Part shown: piece after piece, positions 50,844-64,000 of the stretch
Numbering within the stretch: the first letter of the stretch is position 1
Layout: every line of letters begins with the position of its first letter
Assembly (NCBI GenBank): GCA_003389215.1
Contig: QQVP01000011.1
Location: forward strand, 72,315-136,314
Origin: Planctomycetota bacterium
GTDB taxonomy: Bacteria > Planctomycetota > Planctomycetia > Pirellulales > UBA7805
Direction: 5' to 3'
Length of the DNA stretch: 64,000 bases
Position numbers and translations under genes: made by a program
Notes under the pieces: generated by a model
Databases searched by the model: none
Told to the model about the DNA's origin: nothing
Seen by the model: the letters and a program-made list of their open reading frames with translations, nothing else

Positions 50844-53204
50844 TTACTTCAACGACACCATCACCTCCTGAATCTTACCGGTGAATGCAAACGGATACTG
50901 GCCTCGATAAGCAGGTGACGCGGGGCTGCCGAGATCGAGCCCGATGTCCAATGTCTCGGTCGGCGCAAATCGAACCGGGATCACCTTCTCGATCTCGCCC
51001 TTGCCAACGCTCTTGCCGTTGATGAACAATTCGGCTGGGCCACCGGTATGTTCGACCAGCGGTTTGAACGGTCGTTGTTCGTAGTGCATGGCAACCACGA
51101 CTTCGCCGCTGGGAATATCCGTTGTCGATTCAACGCGGTACGTTTCTTCGCCGACAAAGTTGTAGTCATAGTGAAGCTTTCCATCCCTGACATATAGGGA
51201 ATAGCCGCCGGTGATCCCACCGCGAGCAATGATCACGCCTTCGGCCCCCGTCTCGGGGATCGTCAGCTTGGCAGTGATTTTGTGTGACCGCTGGTGGATC
51301 GGAGGTGCACTCCCTTCGGGGATCCTCCTGGTCGTGGCGGAGTAACGAAACTCGGTGCGTCCTTCGACAACCGAAGGTCGCTGGGCCATACCGCGTTCGA
51401 CAAAGCGGTCATCGAGAGGAAAGACTCCGTATTTCTCAGCTTCCCGATCAAACAACGCCTTGAGTTGCTCCAATTTCTCCGGATGCTGCTCGGCCAAGTC
51501 AGTCGCCTGAGAAAAGTCTTCGTCGATGTTGTACAGTTCCCAAGTGTTGTATTTGGGGTCAGTGAATCCGACCGAACCGGTGAGCACCCAAGGGGCACCG
51601 TGGAACGTCGCAGCGACCCAACCGTCGTGATAGATCGCTCGGTGTCCGCCCGTTTCGAAATACTGTGTCTGGCGGTATTCCGGTGCGTCGGCCGAAGCGA
51701 ACGTGCCGCTCATATCCTTGCCCGCCATCGGAATCTGTTCGATCCCATCGACGGTCCTCGGTGCAGGGACATTCGCCGCGGCCAGAATCGTAGGCGCGAT
51801 GTCGACGACGTGACCGAATTGATCGCGCAAACCGCCACGTTCCTTGATGACCTTAGGCCAGACAACGACCATGCCATTGCGGGTGCCGCCAAAGTGGGAA
51901 GGGACTCGCTTCATCCACTGGAACGGTGAACAACCGGCCCAGGACCAGGGTACGGCGTAGTGGTTCATTGCAAGCGGGGTGCCGATCTGGTCGATATGGT
52001 TCAACTGTCTCTCGACCGAGTCGGGGATACCGTTTTGAGATCGAATGTTATTGAGCGTGCCGGTAACGCTGCCCTCGGCACTGGCACCGTTATCGCCAAC
52101 GATGTAAATAATCATCGTGTTCTCTGCATCCGGCCCCTCTTGCACCGCTTCGATCAAGCGGTTGACGTGATGATCGGTATGAGCCAGGAACCCGGCGAAC
52201 ACCTCCATCTGTCGCGCGAACAGGCGCTGCGAGTCCGCGTCCAGCGAATCCCAGGCTGCGAGTTCTTCGGGGCGCGGTGTGAGCCGAGTGTTTTGCGGTA
52301 CAATCCCGAGTTCTTTTTGACGGACCAACACCGCCGAGCGCATCTCGTCCCAACCGCCATCGAATTGCCCCTTGAATTTGTCGATCCACTCTTGGGGCGC
52401 ATGGTGCGGAGCATGCATGGCCCCGGTCGCAAAGTAGAGGAAATACGGTTTGTCGGGATCGACCGATTCATGTGTCGAGATCCAAGCAATCGCCCGGTCG
52501 GCGAGATCGGCCGTCAGGTGGTACCCATCCTCGGGGCGTTTTTCCGGTTCGACCGCATTGGTATTGTGGTAAAGCTGGGGTTCCCACTGACTGGTCTCGC
52601 CACCATTGAAACCATAGAAATGCTCGAATCCCCAGCCGGTGGGCCAGTTGTCAAACGGACCAACAGGATTGCTCTCCCAGTCCGGTGTGTTGTGGTTTTT
52701 TCCGAACATCGCGGTGCTGTAGCCGTTCTCTTTCAAGATGCGTGCGATGTTCGCGCATTTTTTGGGGAACACACTGTCGTAACCGGGATAGCCTGTGGAG
52801 AGTTCCGTGATGGTGCCGAATCCAACGGTGTGATGGTTATGTCCGGTCAGCAACGCGGCTCGCGTGGGCGAACACACACCGACGGTATGAAATCGGTTGT
52901 AGCGCAGGCCCTGCGCCGCAAGTTGATCGATCCCCGGTGTCGGTATGGGGCCGCCAAACGTTCCAGCTTGGCCGAAACCGACATCATCCAGCATGATCAC
53001 CACGATGTTAGGCGCGTCGTTTGGCGCTTTGACATTGCGTGGAAAGTCAGGAGTCGAATCCTCAAACGTCCTGCCGATCTCCCCGTGGAAATCCGGATCA
53101 GGAATCGGCAGGTGATCGCGATCCGGAACACTTTGAGCAACCGCCGTAACCGCGCTGAAGATCAACACCAAATTAAAGGCGAGTTGTTGGCGGATGAGTT
53201 TCAT
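50844..53204 (-). CDS. Arylsulfatase, paralogue 3 (closest to paralogue 2)
   Basis: 786 aa with a signal peptide. Motifs [25 protein letters not shown] and [10 protein letters not shown]. Confidence 0.9.
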   Translation of the reverse strand: MKLIRQQLAFNLVLIFSAVTAVAQSVPDRDHLPIPDPDFHGEIGRTFEDSTPDFPRNVKAPNDAPNIVVIMLDDVGFGQAGTFGGPIPTPGIDQLAAQGLRYNRFHTVGVCSPTRAALLTGHNHHTVGFGTITELSTGYPGYDSVFPKKCANIARILKENGYSTAMFGKNHNTPDWESNPVGPFDNWPTGWGFEHFYGFNGGETSQWEPQLYHNTNAVEPEKRPEDGYHLTADLADRAIAWISTHESVDPDKPYFLYFATGAMHAPHHAPQEWIDKFKGQFDGGWDEMRSAVLVRQKELGIVPQNTRLTPRPEELAAWDSLDADSQRLFARQMEVFAGFLAHTDHHVNRLIEAVQEGPDAENTMIIYIVGDNGASAEGSVTGTLNNIRSQNGIPDSVERQLNHIDQIGTPLAMNHYAVPWSWAGCSPFQWMKRVPSHFGGTRNGMVVVWPKVIKERGGLRDQFGHVVDIAPTILAAANVPAPRTVDGIEQIPMAGKDMSGTFASADAPEYRQTQYFETGGHRAIYHDGWVAATFHGAPWVLTGSVGFTDPKYNTWELYNIDEDFSQATDLAEQHPEKLEQLKALFDREAEKYGVFPLDDRFVERGMAQRPSVVEGRTEFRYSATTRRIPEGSAPPIHQRSHKITAKLTIPETGAEGVIIARGGITGGYSLYVRDGKLHYDYNFVGEETYRVESTTDIPSGEVVVAMHYEQRPFKPLVEHTGGPAELFINGKSVGKGEIEKVIPVRFAPTETLDIGLDLGSPASPAYRGQYPFAFTGKIQEVMVSLK

Positions 53205-53271
53205 GACAAGTGGTACTCTCGCGTCGAATCAATACGTTGGCCGCGACACGCTGCCGCTGGGCATCCCGGAT

Positions 53272-55683
<2,412 letters not shown>

Positions 55684-55727
55684 GATTACTCCGACCCTTC
55701 AGTCTTAGTGTCAGCGACGAGTCCAAC

Positions 55728-58076
55728 CTATTGAGTTTGGATTGTTAACTTCTGGATCTTGCCAGTGAACGCGAACGGAGGCTTGTAAGAAACGCTGACG
55801 GGTTGACCGGTGTCTTCGCCGATGCCGAAAGTGTCCACGCCGAAACGAGCGGGGACCGTGGCGTCCATGCTGGCTTGGGCGATCGCTTTACCGTCCACCG
55901 CCAGCGTGATGTCGGCGCCTTTGCCGGCTTCACCCGGCGCGCCTTTGTATTGAAAATCAACCGTGACGGTTGCCTCACCCGAGGGCAATGGCTTTGTGCC
56001 TTTGAGCACGGTGCGGTCTTCAAAAAAGTTGTATTCGAAGACCGGGATGCCGTCTTCGACAAACAAGGTGATCCCGGCGGACACGCCGCCAAACCCCATG
56101 ATGACGCCGTTGGTGTCTGTCCCCGTGGTGTTGACGTTGGCAGTGAGTGTCCACGATCGGTTCTTCACCGGTGGAGCAGCGGGTTCAGGGATTCGGACCG
56201 CGCCCTCGTAGTAGGTAAAGACCTTGGTGTCGGTCTTGGCACCTGGCGGCGCGGGTTTGGGAACGATCAGTCGGGCCGAGCCGCGATCGTCCAATGGCAA
56301 GACGTCAAACTCCTTGGCTGCCGCCTCGAACTTCTGCTTCATCTCGGCGAGCTTTCCCGGATTTTCCTCGGCCAGGTCATTGGCCTCCGAAAAGTCTTCC
56401 GGCAAGTAATAAAGTTCCCATTTGTCCTTGTCCCAATTGCCTGGCGCGATGTCCATCCGCCAAGGCCGAGTGTGTTGCGCGTTGGCTTTCCAACCGTCGG
56501 CGTACATCGAGCGGTTGCTGAGGACTTCAAAGTATTGCTCGTCACGGCCCTCAAACTCTGGATCGGCAAAGCTTGCCAGAAAGCTCTTCCCTTCCAGCGG
56601 CTTCTGCTTGATACCATTGACCGTCTCGGGCATCGGCAAACCGGCGGCCTCCAAAATCGTGGGCATCACGTCAATTACGTGTAAGAAGGCGTCACGAGGT
56701 TTGTCATCCGGTTTGATCCGGGCGGGCCACGTGATGACCATCGGATTCCGAGATCCGCCCAGGTGCGATGCGACTTGCTTGACCCATTGAAACGGCGTGT
56801 TGCCCGCCCAGGCCCAGCCGACGGGATAATGCGGCTCCGATTGCGGACCGCCCAACTTATCCAGATGCGGCAGGATGTCTTCGATGGGTGTTTGCAAACC
56901 GTTCAAAGACCGCAGTTCATTCAGAGTCCCGTCCGGTCCGCCTTCGGAGGACGCGCCATTGTCTCCGACGATGTAGATCACCATCGTGTTGTCCGCATCG
57001 GGCAGTTCATTGACCGCATCAAGCAAACGTCCGATCTCATTGTCGGTGAACGCGAAGTAGCCCGCATAGTTTTCAAACAGCGCGGTGTAGAGTTCTTTCT
57101 GCTGGTTATTCAAACTGTCCCAGGCGGGAACCCAATCGGGACGTGGTGTGAGCTTGGTATCCGGCGGGATGATTCCCCGTTCTAGTTGGTTCCGGTAGAC
57201 AACCTCGCGGTACTTTTCCCACCCCATATCAAACTTGCCTTTGAACTTGTCACGCCACTGTTGCGTGACGTGATGGGGCGCGTGCATCGCGCCGGGTGCA
57301 AAGTACATGAAGAACGGTTTGTCGGGTGCCACTGATTTAGAAAACTGCATCCGCGAGATGGCCCGATCGGTCATGTCGCTGACCATGTGGTAGCCTTCTT
57401 CGGGCGATTTATTCGGCTCGATAGGCTCAGTGTTCTCGAACAGAACCGGATAATACTGGTGTGTCTCGCCAGCGTTGAAGCCAAAGAAATACTCAAACCC
57501 TAGTCCGGTCGGCCAACGGTCAAAGGGACCCGCAATGGTCGTTTCCCAATCGGGCGTGTTGTGGTTTTTCCCATACCACCAAGTGGCGTAGCCGTTGTGT
57601 TTCAGAACTTCGGCGACCGTGGCCGTCTCCTTGGGAATCATAGTGGAGTAGCTGGGGAATCCGGTGGCCCATTCCATCAGAAACCCATTGCCCGCACGGT
57701 GGTGATTCCGCCCGGTCAATAGTGCGGCTCGTGTCGGGCCGCAGATGGCCGTGGTATGAAACCGATTGAAACGCAGGCCCCGCGAGGCGAGTTTGTCCAG
57801 ATTCGGTGTAGGGATCAGACCGCCAAAGGTTGACGTTTGCCCAAATCCTACATCATCCAGCATGATCAGGACGACGTTGGGTGCGTCCTCTGGAGCGGCG
57901 ACCGGTCGTGGCCAATCCTGTTTCGACTCCTTGTAGGTCGGGCCAATCTCGCCTTTGAAAGGCGAAAGCGGCTGGGGAAGCTTCGAGCGATCGGGCCATT
58001 CCTGCGCGGAAGCGGCGGCGGTGAGTAAGGTTAGGCCAAGCGAAAAGGTAAGAAGTCGATACAGGCTCATCGTCAA
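55728..58076 (-). CDS. Arylsulfatase, paralogue 5
   Basis: 782 aa. Signal peptide [24 protein letters not shown]. Motifs [25 protein letters not shown] and [10 protein letters not shown]. Confidence 0.9.
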   Translation of the reverse strand: MTMSLYRLLTFSLGLTLLTAAASAQEWPDRSKLPQPLSPFKGEIGPTYKESKQDWPRPVAAPEDAPNVVLIMLDDVGFGQTSTFGGLIPTPNLDKLASRGLRFNRFHTTAICGPTRAALLTGRNHHRAGNGFLMEWATGFPSYSTMIPKETATVAEVLKHNGYATWWYGKNHNTPDWETTIAGPFDRWPTGLGFEYFFGFNAGETHQYYPVLFENTEPIEPNKSPEEGYHMVSDMTDRAISRMQFSKSVAPDKPFFMYFAPGAMHAPHHVTQQWRDKFKGKFDMGWEKYREVVYRNQLERGIIPPDTKLTPRPDWVPAWDSLNNQQKELYTALFENYAGYFAFTDNEIGRLLDAVNELPDADNTMVIYIVGDNGASSEGGPDGTLNELRSLNGLQTPIEDILPHLDKLGGPQSEPHYPVGWAWAGNTPFQWVKQVASHLGGSRNPMVITWPARIKPDDKPRDAFLHVIDVMPTILEAAGLPMPETVNGIKQKPLEGKSFLASFADPEFEGRDEQYFEVLSNRSMYADGWKANAQHTRPWRMDIAPGNWDKDKWELYYLPEDFSEANDLAEENPGKLAEMKQKFEAAAKEFDVLPLDDRGSARLIVPKPAPPGAKTDTKVFTYYEGAVRIPEPAAPPVKNRSWTLTANVNTTGTDTNGVIMGFGGVSAGITLFVEDGIPVFEYNFFEDRTVLKGTKPLPSGEATVTVDFQYKGAPGEAGKGADITLAVDGKAIAQASMDATVPARFGVDTFGIGEDTGQPVSVSYKPPFAFTGKIQKLTIQTQ

Positions 58077-58132
58077 AGCTCATTCTGCCAGTCTAGGAAA
58101 ATACGTGTGTCGATTGATTCAGAACCTTGCGA

Positions 58133-59590
58133 CTAAGGGATCTTGTTGATCTTCGGCGGTGTCCACGATCCTTCAAGAATTCCCGACTGGCCCCAGTAAG
58201 CACGAATGTAGAGTGAAAAATCACCCCTCGGCGCCGGCAGCCAGTTGGTCTCCTTGTCTTCTCCGGGCGACGTAGCGCCGACATAGATCGTAAGCGACCC
58301 GTCGGGGTTCTTCTTGAGGTCCTTGTTCTTCGTGCCGAGCGAGAAGCGATTCAACTCGTTGGGAGCGAAGAAATGGTCCTTGTCGTAGAGGGTAAGCGAC
58401 CAAAAACCATCCACTGGCGGCTCCTCGCCAGCTGCGAAAGTGACTTCGTACTCGCTGCCGCCGCTGAGTTGTCCGCCGTTGGAATCATGGTCGGTGTAGT
58501 AGTACCGCGTCTCGTCGATCTTGTTGTCGTAGATGTTCGAGCGAGCCGTGCCGGTGCGGTCAAAGTAATCGACGCCCCAAGCGGCATTGTTGGTCGAGCG
58601 ATTCCAGCCGTTTCCGGCCGGCGTGCCGTTGTGTTTCCACCGCAGGAACTTGGCGATCACCTGTGCGTCGGTCTCCACCGCTGTCTCGACGAGCGCCCGC
58701 TTGACCTCCGGGTCTCGTTCGGCAATGGCCAGCAGTTGGCGGAACTGGGCGTACATGGCCTCCTCGCCCGGGAGTGGCGGCACGTCGTCGAGAATTTCCG
58801 CCAGGACGTCGAAGAACTGCTCCGGGACAACCCACTTTGTTTCTCCCCCGGAGCCGCCACCGCCCATGTCGAGGCTCGACAGCTTGCTCCAGTCTTTCGT
58901 CTTCATCGTTCCGTCGAATTCGTCGACTGGGTACATCATGACCTGATTGATAAACGGCTGGATCGCCTTGCGATCCTTTGGCGTGTCGTCCTGGAACACA
59001 CGCGGGACGACCATGCCGAACTCGGTCGACGAGCGAACGACCGCGGTGATCCCGTCGGGCGTCTCGGCATCCCAATTCGGACCGACCACCAGGTAGAAGC
59101 CGGGCTCGGACCCATAAGGTTTACCGATCTTGGAGAATTGGTCGGTGCGGGCGTCGTACATCGCATAGACCCAGAAGCGGTCGCCGAAGTCAGGAACCTG
59201 AACGACGACTGGACTTTGATCCAGATACATATAGCCGAGACCGTACACCACGTCTTGGTTTGGGCAGGCGACAAAGCGCTGCTCAGGCTTGATGTAGTCG
59301 TGGAGCATCGCCAAGCGACCCGCAGGCGCGACGGGGATCGTGCCGTTCATGAGCGCCGGCTCGGGTGCCTGCGTGATCTTGGCGCGTCGGTTGTGTTGGT
59401 TCACGAGCGGCCAGCCCCAGACGTAGGCCGACGCGGCCACCGTCTTGGCGTATTCGACGGGCATGGTGACTGCATCACTGGGCTGCGCCAGGTCCGCAGG
59501 CGTTTGAGGGAGAGGTACCTGTTGCCCAAGAAGCCGTGTCGCAGCCAGCACACCGTACAGCAAGACCATGCACACCTTCGTGTAATCCAT
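58133..59590 (-). CDS. Secreted DUF1254/DUF1214-domain protein
   Basis: 485 aa with a signal peptide. [14 protein letters not shown] is DUF1254-type. FWSLTLYD…[19 protein letters not shown] is DUF1214-type. It is the first gene of the minus-strand sulfatase train. Confidence 0.8.
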   Translation of the reverse strand: MDYTKVCMVLLYGVLAATRLLGQQVPLPQTPADLAQPSDAVTMPVEYAKTVAASAYVWGWPLVNQHNRRAKITQAPEPALMNGTIPVAPAGRLAMLHDYIKPEQRFVACPNQDVVYGLGYMYLDQSPVVVQVPDFGDRFWVYAMYDARTDQFSKIGKPYGSEPGFYLVVGPNWDAETPDGITAVVRSSTEFGMVVPRVFQDDTPKDRKAIQPFINQVMMYPVDEFDGTMKTKDWSKLSSLDMGGGGSGGETKWVVPEQFFDVLAEILDDVPPLPGEEAMYAQFRQLLAIAERDPEVKRALVETAVETDAQVIAKFLRWKHNGTPAGNGWNRSTNNAAWGVDYFDRTGTARSNIYDNKIDETRYYYTDHDSNGGQLSGGSEYEVTFAAGEEPPVDGFWSLTLYDKDHFFAPNELNRFSLGTKNKDLKKNPDGSLTIYVGATSPGEDKETNWLPAPRGDFSLYIRAYWGQSGILEGSWTPPKINKIP

Positions 59591-59863
59591 AAGAATAACT
59601 CCACTCGTACTAAGCGTTCATTCGGAGAAAAGGACGGTCGCCGAATGTGAATGTCACGTTTGCATCTCTATCAATGGCTCAGGGATGGGGACTCAGGAAC
59701 GCAACTTCAGCACCCTCGCCGATAGACTCGTAATCGTATCCAATCTGGATGTGGGTATCGTGAAGGAGTGCCTTAGTGATGGTACCAGGGTGCGATTGCC
59801 TTTAAAATCAATTCCGTGCGCTCATTTCGGGCCAATTTGCACGCTCGGTCCCTCGGAACTCAC

Positions 59864-60874
59864 ATGGACATCCACCTCTTTGACGCCCGCATGTTGGCTC
59901 CGCTCGTTCTCTTCCTGGAAGAGGCGGGGAGTCGGAGTCAACGATTCCTCGATCGCGCGAGAATTCCGGGCGAACTGGTCGAGTCAGGCGGATGGATCGG
60001 GAAGAAGCAGGCCTATGACTTCACGTACGAGGTCGTCCATGGCTTGGGTTGCCAGGAAACGGTTTTCACCGCTTATCTCAAGTTTCAAATGAATCACCTG
60101 GGACCGATTGCTGACGCAATGCGATCGTGCAAGACCGTCAAGGAAGCTCTTGAAGTGGGAGCGAGACTCGGGAGCACAGCCTACGAGGGCAACGAATACT
60201 TCTTGTCGATTGAGGGAGACACGACCTGGTTCTGCTATCGAGAGCCGACGATCTTGTCCGCGGGACAGACCTTCATTAACGACATGACGCTTGCGGTTTA
60301 TTGCCAGCTGATTCGCGCGACAGTGGATACGAACTGGCACCCCCGCCAATTCCGAACGAAAGGCTCGACAATTGATCGCCATCGCGGCGTGGAAGTATTC
60401 GCAGACTGCCAGGCCATCGCCCACTCGGACTCGACCGGCCTGGCATTTCCGACGGAGTTTCTCAGCCGGCGTTTGCCTGGTCCGGAGACCATGTCTGGCT
60501 CAACTCCGTCACATGATTGGGAGTTTGGTCCGCAGGAAAGCGAACCGATTGTGGAGAGATTATGTCGCTTGCTCGCATCACGGTTTTCGTATGGGAAACT
60601 GCCGACATTAGACGTTGTCGGTTCGATGGTTGATGTGAGCCCACGAACACTGAAGCGGCAGCTTAAGGCAGCGGGCACAAGCTACAGCGGCATTCTCGAT
60701 CGGCTGCGCTTCGATGTTGCCTGCGAGATGCTGGCGATTCCACAAATGACCATTCGCGAAGTTTCACTCGAACTCGGCTATTCGGGGACAAACAATTTTG
60801 TTCGAAGCTTTCGGCGAATGACGGGACTCACTCCCAGGGAATACCGGCACCGACTGATTGACGAAATGGTTTAG
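59864..60874 (+). CDS. AraC-family transcriptional regulator, divergent from the sulfatase train
   Basis: The C-terminal double HTH ends …[32 protein letters not shown] prefer ATG 59864 ([11 protein letters not shown]…) over the upstream start at 59816. Confidence 0.85.
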   Translation: MDIHLFDARMLAPLVLFLEEAGSRSQRFLDRARIPGELVESGGWIGKKQAYDFTYEVVHGLGCQETVFTAYLKFQMNHLGPIADAMRSCKTVKEALEVGARLGSTAYEGNEYFLSIEGDTTWFCYREPTILSAGQTFINDMTLAVYCQLIRATVDTNWHPRQFRTKGSTIDRHRGVEVFADCQAIAHSDSTGLAFPTEFLSRRLPGPETMSGSTPSHDWEFGPQESEPIVERLCRLLASRFSYGKLPTLDVVGSMVDVSPRTLKRQLKAAGTSYSGILDRLRFDVACEMLAIPQMTIREVSLELGYSGTNNFVRSFRRMTGLTPREYRHRLIDEMV

Positions 60875-61564
60875 CAATGAACGTCCCCGAGGGGGCCGTT
60901 TGAAGCAGCGAACGGCGGATGGTGCTTCACACCGAGGCGAAGGAGAGAATTCTCTTGATGACCCCGGTCACTTTCGCTTTGCGGCCCGCTAAGCAGGCAT
61001 GCGACATCATGCCGACGTCGCCGCAAACTCTTCGGTAGCAAGGAGTATCGAAGAAGGTAGCGAACGCACGCTTCGAGCAAAAAGTTCTATTGGCGTCCTG
61101 TCGCCCCGACTGACCGGGGTCATTATGGATGCGATCTTAATGTCCATAAGACCAATCACTGAAATGACTTGTGGCATTTAACGCTAAAGAGGTGTCATCG
61201 ACCCCGGTCAACTGCGCCGCCAAAGACGCATTTGGAGGATCACGTGACTCAGCGCCCCAGGACGTCCCTCCATCTCGGCTGTTCTCGTCGGTTCCAGATG
61301 TCTTGGTTCTGGGAGGGACCGACACCGACGTCAGCTTGGGAGTTTGCCCCCGAATCGTTGCGGTGATTCCGACCGCAACGTCTGTCGTCCGCGCTCAGGA
61401 CACGCCCACCTGTGCGCGCTAGCATAAGAGGCTTTTGCCCTCTCGTGGGGCCTATTTGACCCACATAAGCCCCCACATGCCATAACCGGGCAGTCATGGG
61501 TTTGAATTCGGTTCCGTCCACTTGTTTTGACGGTAGCGAAATCCTGCTACCGTTGGGTTACGAG

Positions 61565-61595
61565 AAAGGCCGGCGTCGCGAGACGTCGGCCTTTT
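61565..61595. terminator. Strong GC-rich hairpin (13-bp stem, GCGA loop) with flanking T run
   Basis: AAAGGCCGGCGTC-GCGA-GACGTCGGCCTTT, with one G:T pair, followed by T. The strand it serves is unclear. Confidence 0.4.
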
Positions 61596-62029
61596 CGCGT
61601 TCTATCGCCAATTGTGGCAACCACTTGCTACGCTGGCGGAAGTCTCAAAGTCTCACTCTCTGCCCGCCGCGCGCGACCTCACTCCCACCACGACGTCGCA
61701 CCGCCGACGCAATCTCGGCCCAAACTCTCGGTTGTCTCTCCCTCTCGCGCCGCCTGGGTTAACGGCTGTTGCTTCCGCCCGCACCGCTCACAACCCCCTG
61801 GGGTTGCTTTCGGATAGTTCGCAGTACGCCGCTCGCCCGTTCGGGTTAAGAGGCGTTTCGGCCCGGTAGGCGAGACGAACACTGGATGAATGGGGGCGGC
61901 ACAGCAAGCTCCGGCAGCCCCCAAAACTCTCGGCGGTGTCGGTGTCTCGCGCGGCGTGGGTTATTGAAGTTTGCAAGCGCTCTTTTGCGCGCAACTGGGA
62001 CATGCCAGCTAAAGTCGCCGCACCTGCAA

Positions 62030-62249
62030 TCAGGGGATCGCGACCTCGCCACCGGCCCGCGTGGCCAGGGCCCGCCAAATCTGCAGTTCGTGCGTTTCGG
62101 AAATGGCCTATACCTAGCCGTCGATCGTCGCCACACCAGGCCAGGGTGATAGCTGCGGGATGTGATGATCGCGCACATCGGCTGCCCAAAAACGTAGTCC
62201 GTCAAGGCCGTCGGGATTCTAGCGCGCAAGTAAAACCGGTCGACATACG
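62030..62249 (-). pseudogene. Decayed C-terminal fragment of a DUF1559-family (planctomycete H-X9-DG) gene
   Basis: Minus-strand reading gives …CAIITSRSYHPG, then a 2-nt frameshift, then GVATIDG*V*AISETHELQIWRALATRAGGEVAIP*. Compare the family consensus HPGG-V…DGSVRFISE…W.AL.TR.GGEV. In-frame stops lie at 62108-62110 and 62114-62116. The N-terminal part is missing. Confidence 0.6.
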
Positions 62250-62873
62250 TCATCGAGATAAGATGCCGTGAAACAGGATGTCGAGCACTTCTTGGCACTG
62301 CTCGTCGATGGACTTGGATGTCCCGTTGAAATGGTTGGTGAACATCGCTCCGTAAAGCACTTCGGAAATCACATCGGTAATACTGCCTACGGGAATTGGC
62401 CGTACAATGCCGTCGGCGATGAGAGCACGATACAAATCGTTCCACCTCGCAATGCTTTGATCACGATGATGAAAATACGTCGACTGCTCTCTGTCGCGAA
62501 AGTGCGCGCGCTCCTGAATGAGTAATTCGACGACTTCAGGATGGTGTCGGAAGTAGGCCAGGTACGCCCGAATACCAGCGGCAATCTGGTCGAGAGGAGT
62601 ACTTGCATGTTCGGCGGCCTGGTCGACTTCGTGCCGCAACCGCAACACGGCGGCGTCAACGACCGCCAGGAATAGCGATTCCTTGTTTGAGAAATAGCGA
62701 TAGACCGTTCCCTTGCCGATGCCGAGATCATCGGCAATCTGCTGCACGTCGGAAGCAGCAAAACCGTGTTCCGCAAACACGTCGGTTGCCGATTCCAGAA
62801 TCGCTTGTCGGCGACGAGAACGCGCTGTCTTGTCGACCGGGCGGCCTGGCTTTCGTGAAGTCTTCGTCTTCAT
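62250..62873 (-). CDS. TetR-family transcriptional regulator
   Basis: HTH region: ILESATDVFAEHGFAASDVQQIADDLGIGKGTVYRYFSNKESLF. I prefer ATG 62873 (MKTKTSRKPG…) because the longer 62945 start would overlap the upstream gene. Confidence 0.85.
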   Translation of the reverse strand: MKTKTSRKPGRPVDKTARSRRRQAILESATDVFAEHGFAASDVQQIADDLGIGKGTVYRYFSNKESLFLAVVDAAVLRLRHEVDQAAEHASTPLDQIAAGIRAYLAYFRHHPEVVELLIQERAHFRDREQSTYFHHRDQSIARWNDLYRALIADGIVRPIPVGSITDVISEVLYGAMFTNHFNGTSKSIDEQCQEVLDILFHGILSR

Positions 62874-62928
62874 GAGGTGATTCAACCGGACGCTCGTTTT
62901 TGTCGCAGTCGATTGGAGTTTGGAAACG

Positions 62929-63360
62929 CTAATCCGCTTTTCCAATGTCTATTGAACCGCGAGGCCAGGAATAAAGATAGGATTGAACACACTTATACCA
63001 CGCCCTATTGAAATGACGACAAGGCGACGGATGTGGTTTGGGGCGGTAATCGTCCGGGCAGCAGCACTTTGTCGGGCACGGCAAAGCCAGGCAAGGCTTG
63101 GGGCAGTACGTGTCCGGACAGCAACTTGAGACTGCGCAGACGCAGGGGGCGGGTTTGCAGACGTAATCATCCGGGCAGCACAAGGCCGGTTGGCTGGAGC
63201 CGCATGCGGGCTTGCTGGAGGGAACGTAGTGGTCGCAGAGGTCATCGTCGGCAGACGTGATGAAAGGCTGCATAGCTAACAGGACGAATCCCATCAGGCT
63301 TGCCAAGTATGTCGAGACAACGGTTCGCCACCAATCGTTTGTCTTCGCCGTAGTCTTCAT
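62929..63360 (-). CDS. Secreted/anchored cysteine-rich repeat protein (CCPDDY-x-KP repeats)
   Basis: 143 aa. Signal/anchor segment WWRTVVSTYLASLMGFVLLAMQPFITSA. 17 Cys by my count. Repeats: CCPDDYVCKPAPC / CCPDTYCPKPC / CCCPDDYRPKPHPSPC. The start overlaps the OMF stop (ATGA). Confidence 0.6.
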   Translation of the reverse strand: MKTTAKTNDWWRTVVSTYLASLMGFVLLAMQPFITSADDDLCDHYVPSSKPACGSSQPALCCPDDYVCKPAPCVCAVSSCCPDTYCPKPCLALPCPTKCCCPDDYRPKPHPSPCRHFNRAWYKCVQSYLYSWPRGSIDIGKAD

Positions 63361-64000
63361 TCTTCGTCCCTATCCACTTCGGGTTCTGGTGGTGGCAGTG
63401 GTAATGCTTCCGCGGCGGGCGGTAGTGGCGGGCCTGCGGGCAGTTCATGCGAGCTGCCCGCTGCAGCCGAGGGGTCAAGACGAATTTCCCAGCCGCCACC
63501 TAAAGCACGGTAAAGATCGACCAGACTTTGTGCGGCATTACCGCGGGCGATCGCCAACAGTTCTTGCTGACTGAGAAGTAATTGCTGGACGGTGAACAGA
63601 CGGTTGAAGTCGATTTCGCCTTCCCGGTATTTGACCTGGGCCACACGCTCGGCTTCGCGCGCTTGTCGGGCGCTCTCTTCCCGCACGCGCACCTGGTCCG
63701 TGAAATGCAGATACGCCACGATGGCATTCTCTGCTTCCTCGTTCGCCAGTAGCACAGTCTGTTGATAATTGGCGACCAGTTGCTGGAACCTGGCATCTTG
63801 AACGCGAATGTTATTGAGCAGCCGGCCGTAGTTGAGCACGTTCCAGCGCAGCGACGGCCCGATCGTGCCTCCGAAGGCGCTGCTTTTGAACACATCACTA
63901 AAGCGTTCGGCTTCCCACGACATCATCCCGTTAATCGAGATATGGGGATACAGCTCTGACTCAGCGATTCCGATTTCCGCGCTTTGCGCCGCGACAAGCC
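63357..64000 (-). CDS. Outer-membrane efflux protein (TolC/NodT family), C-terminal part; N-terminus beyond the window
   Basis: The frame is open to position 64000 (…AEIGIAESELYPHISINGMMSWEAERF…). Typical OMF repeats: …QQLVANYQQTVLLANEEAENA… and …QELLAIARGNAAQSLVDLYRALGGGW. Confidence 0.8.
   Translation of the reverse strand, partial: LVAAQSAEIGIAESELYPHISINGMMSWEAERFSDVFKSSAFGGTIGPSLRWNVLNYGRLLNNIRVQDARFQQLVANYQQTVLLANEEAENAIVAYLHFTDQVRVREESARQAREAERVAQVKYREGEIDFNRLFTVQQLLLSQQELLAIARGNAAQSLVDLYRALGGGWEIRLDPSAAAGSSHELPAGPPLPPAAEALPLPPPEPEVDRDEE

Noticed and set aside
61846-62445. ORF 61846..62445 (-, 199 aa)
   Set aside because: It overlaps the 3' end of the TetR gene in another frame and merely reads through the decayed DUF1559 fragment. 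It is not a genuine gene.

Overview
This 64-kb window looks like a Planctomycetota (Pirellulales-like) replicon. That placement is inference only, from a sulfatase array, a DUF1559 gene remnant and a DUF1254/DUF1214 gene. All family calls here are by-eye motif recognition; nothing was checked against a database.

Positions 1 to about 43,000 resemble an integrated plasmid or ICE-like element. It carries parA (running off the left edge), a repA-like initiator, a DnaQ-type exonuclease and a 1.7-kb ORF-poor stretch. These are followed by a 34-kb, strictly co-directional, almost gap-free defence gene train (4919-39173, + strand), closed by a tyrosine integrase and DUF932-type backbone genes on the - strand.

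The train contains three recognisable systems: type I R-M hsdRMS, a GmrSD-type type IV enzyme, and SPARTA (TIR-APAZ plus short pAgo). Interleaved with them are three modules I cannot assign to any described system:
(i) An RtcR-like CARF/sigma54 activator whose stop codon is followed immediately by an exact sigma54 -24/-12 consensus. The promoter faces a repeat-rich PD-(D/E)xK protein and the whole downstream train.
(ii) A 1,406-aa HsdM-TRD-Zn ribbon-STAND ATPase fusion, translationally coupled to a STAND ATPase-HEPN protein.
(iii) A 2,567-aa protein with two sacsin-like GHKL ATPase modules, followed by a RapA-like SNF2 ATPase and an SF2 helicase with a C-terminal Mrr-like nuclease motif.

Positions about 43,000-64,000 look host-like. 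They hold two membrane proteins, five tandem arylsulfatase paralogues plus a DUF1254/DUF1214 protein with a divergent AraC regulator, decayed DUF1559 remnants, and the tail of an efflux operon (OMF, Cys-rich secreted protein, TetR). I found no rRNA, tRNA or CRISPR array.
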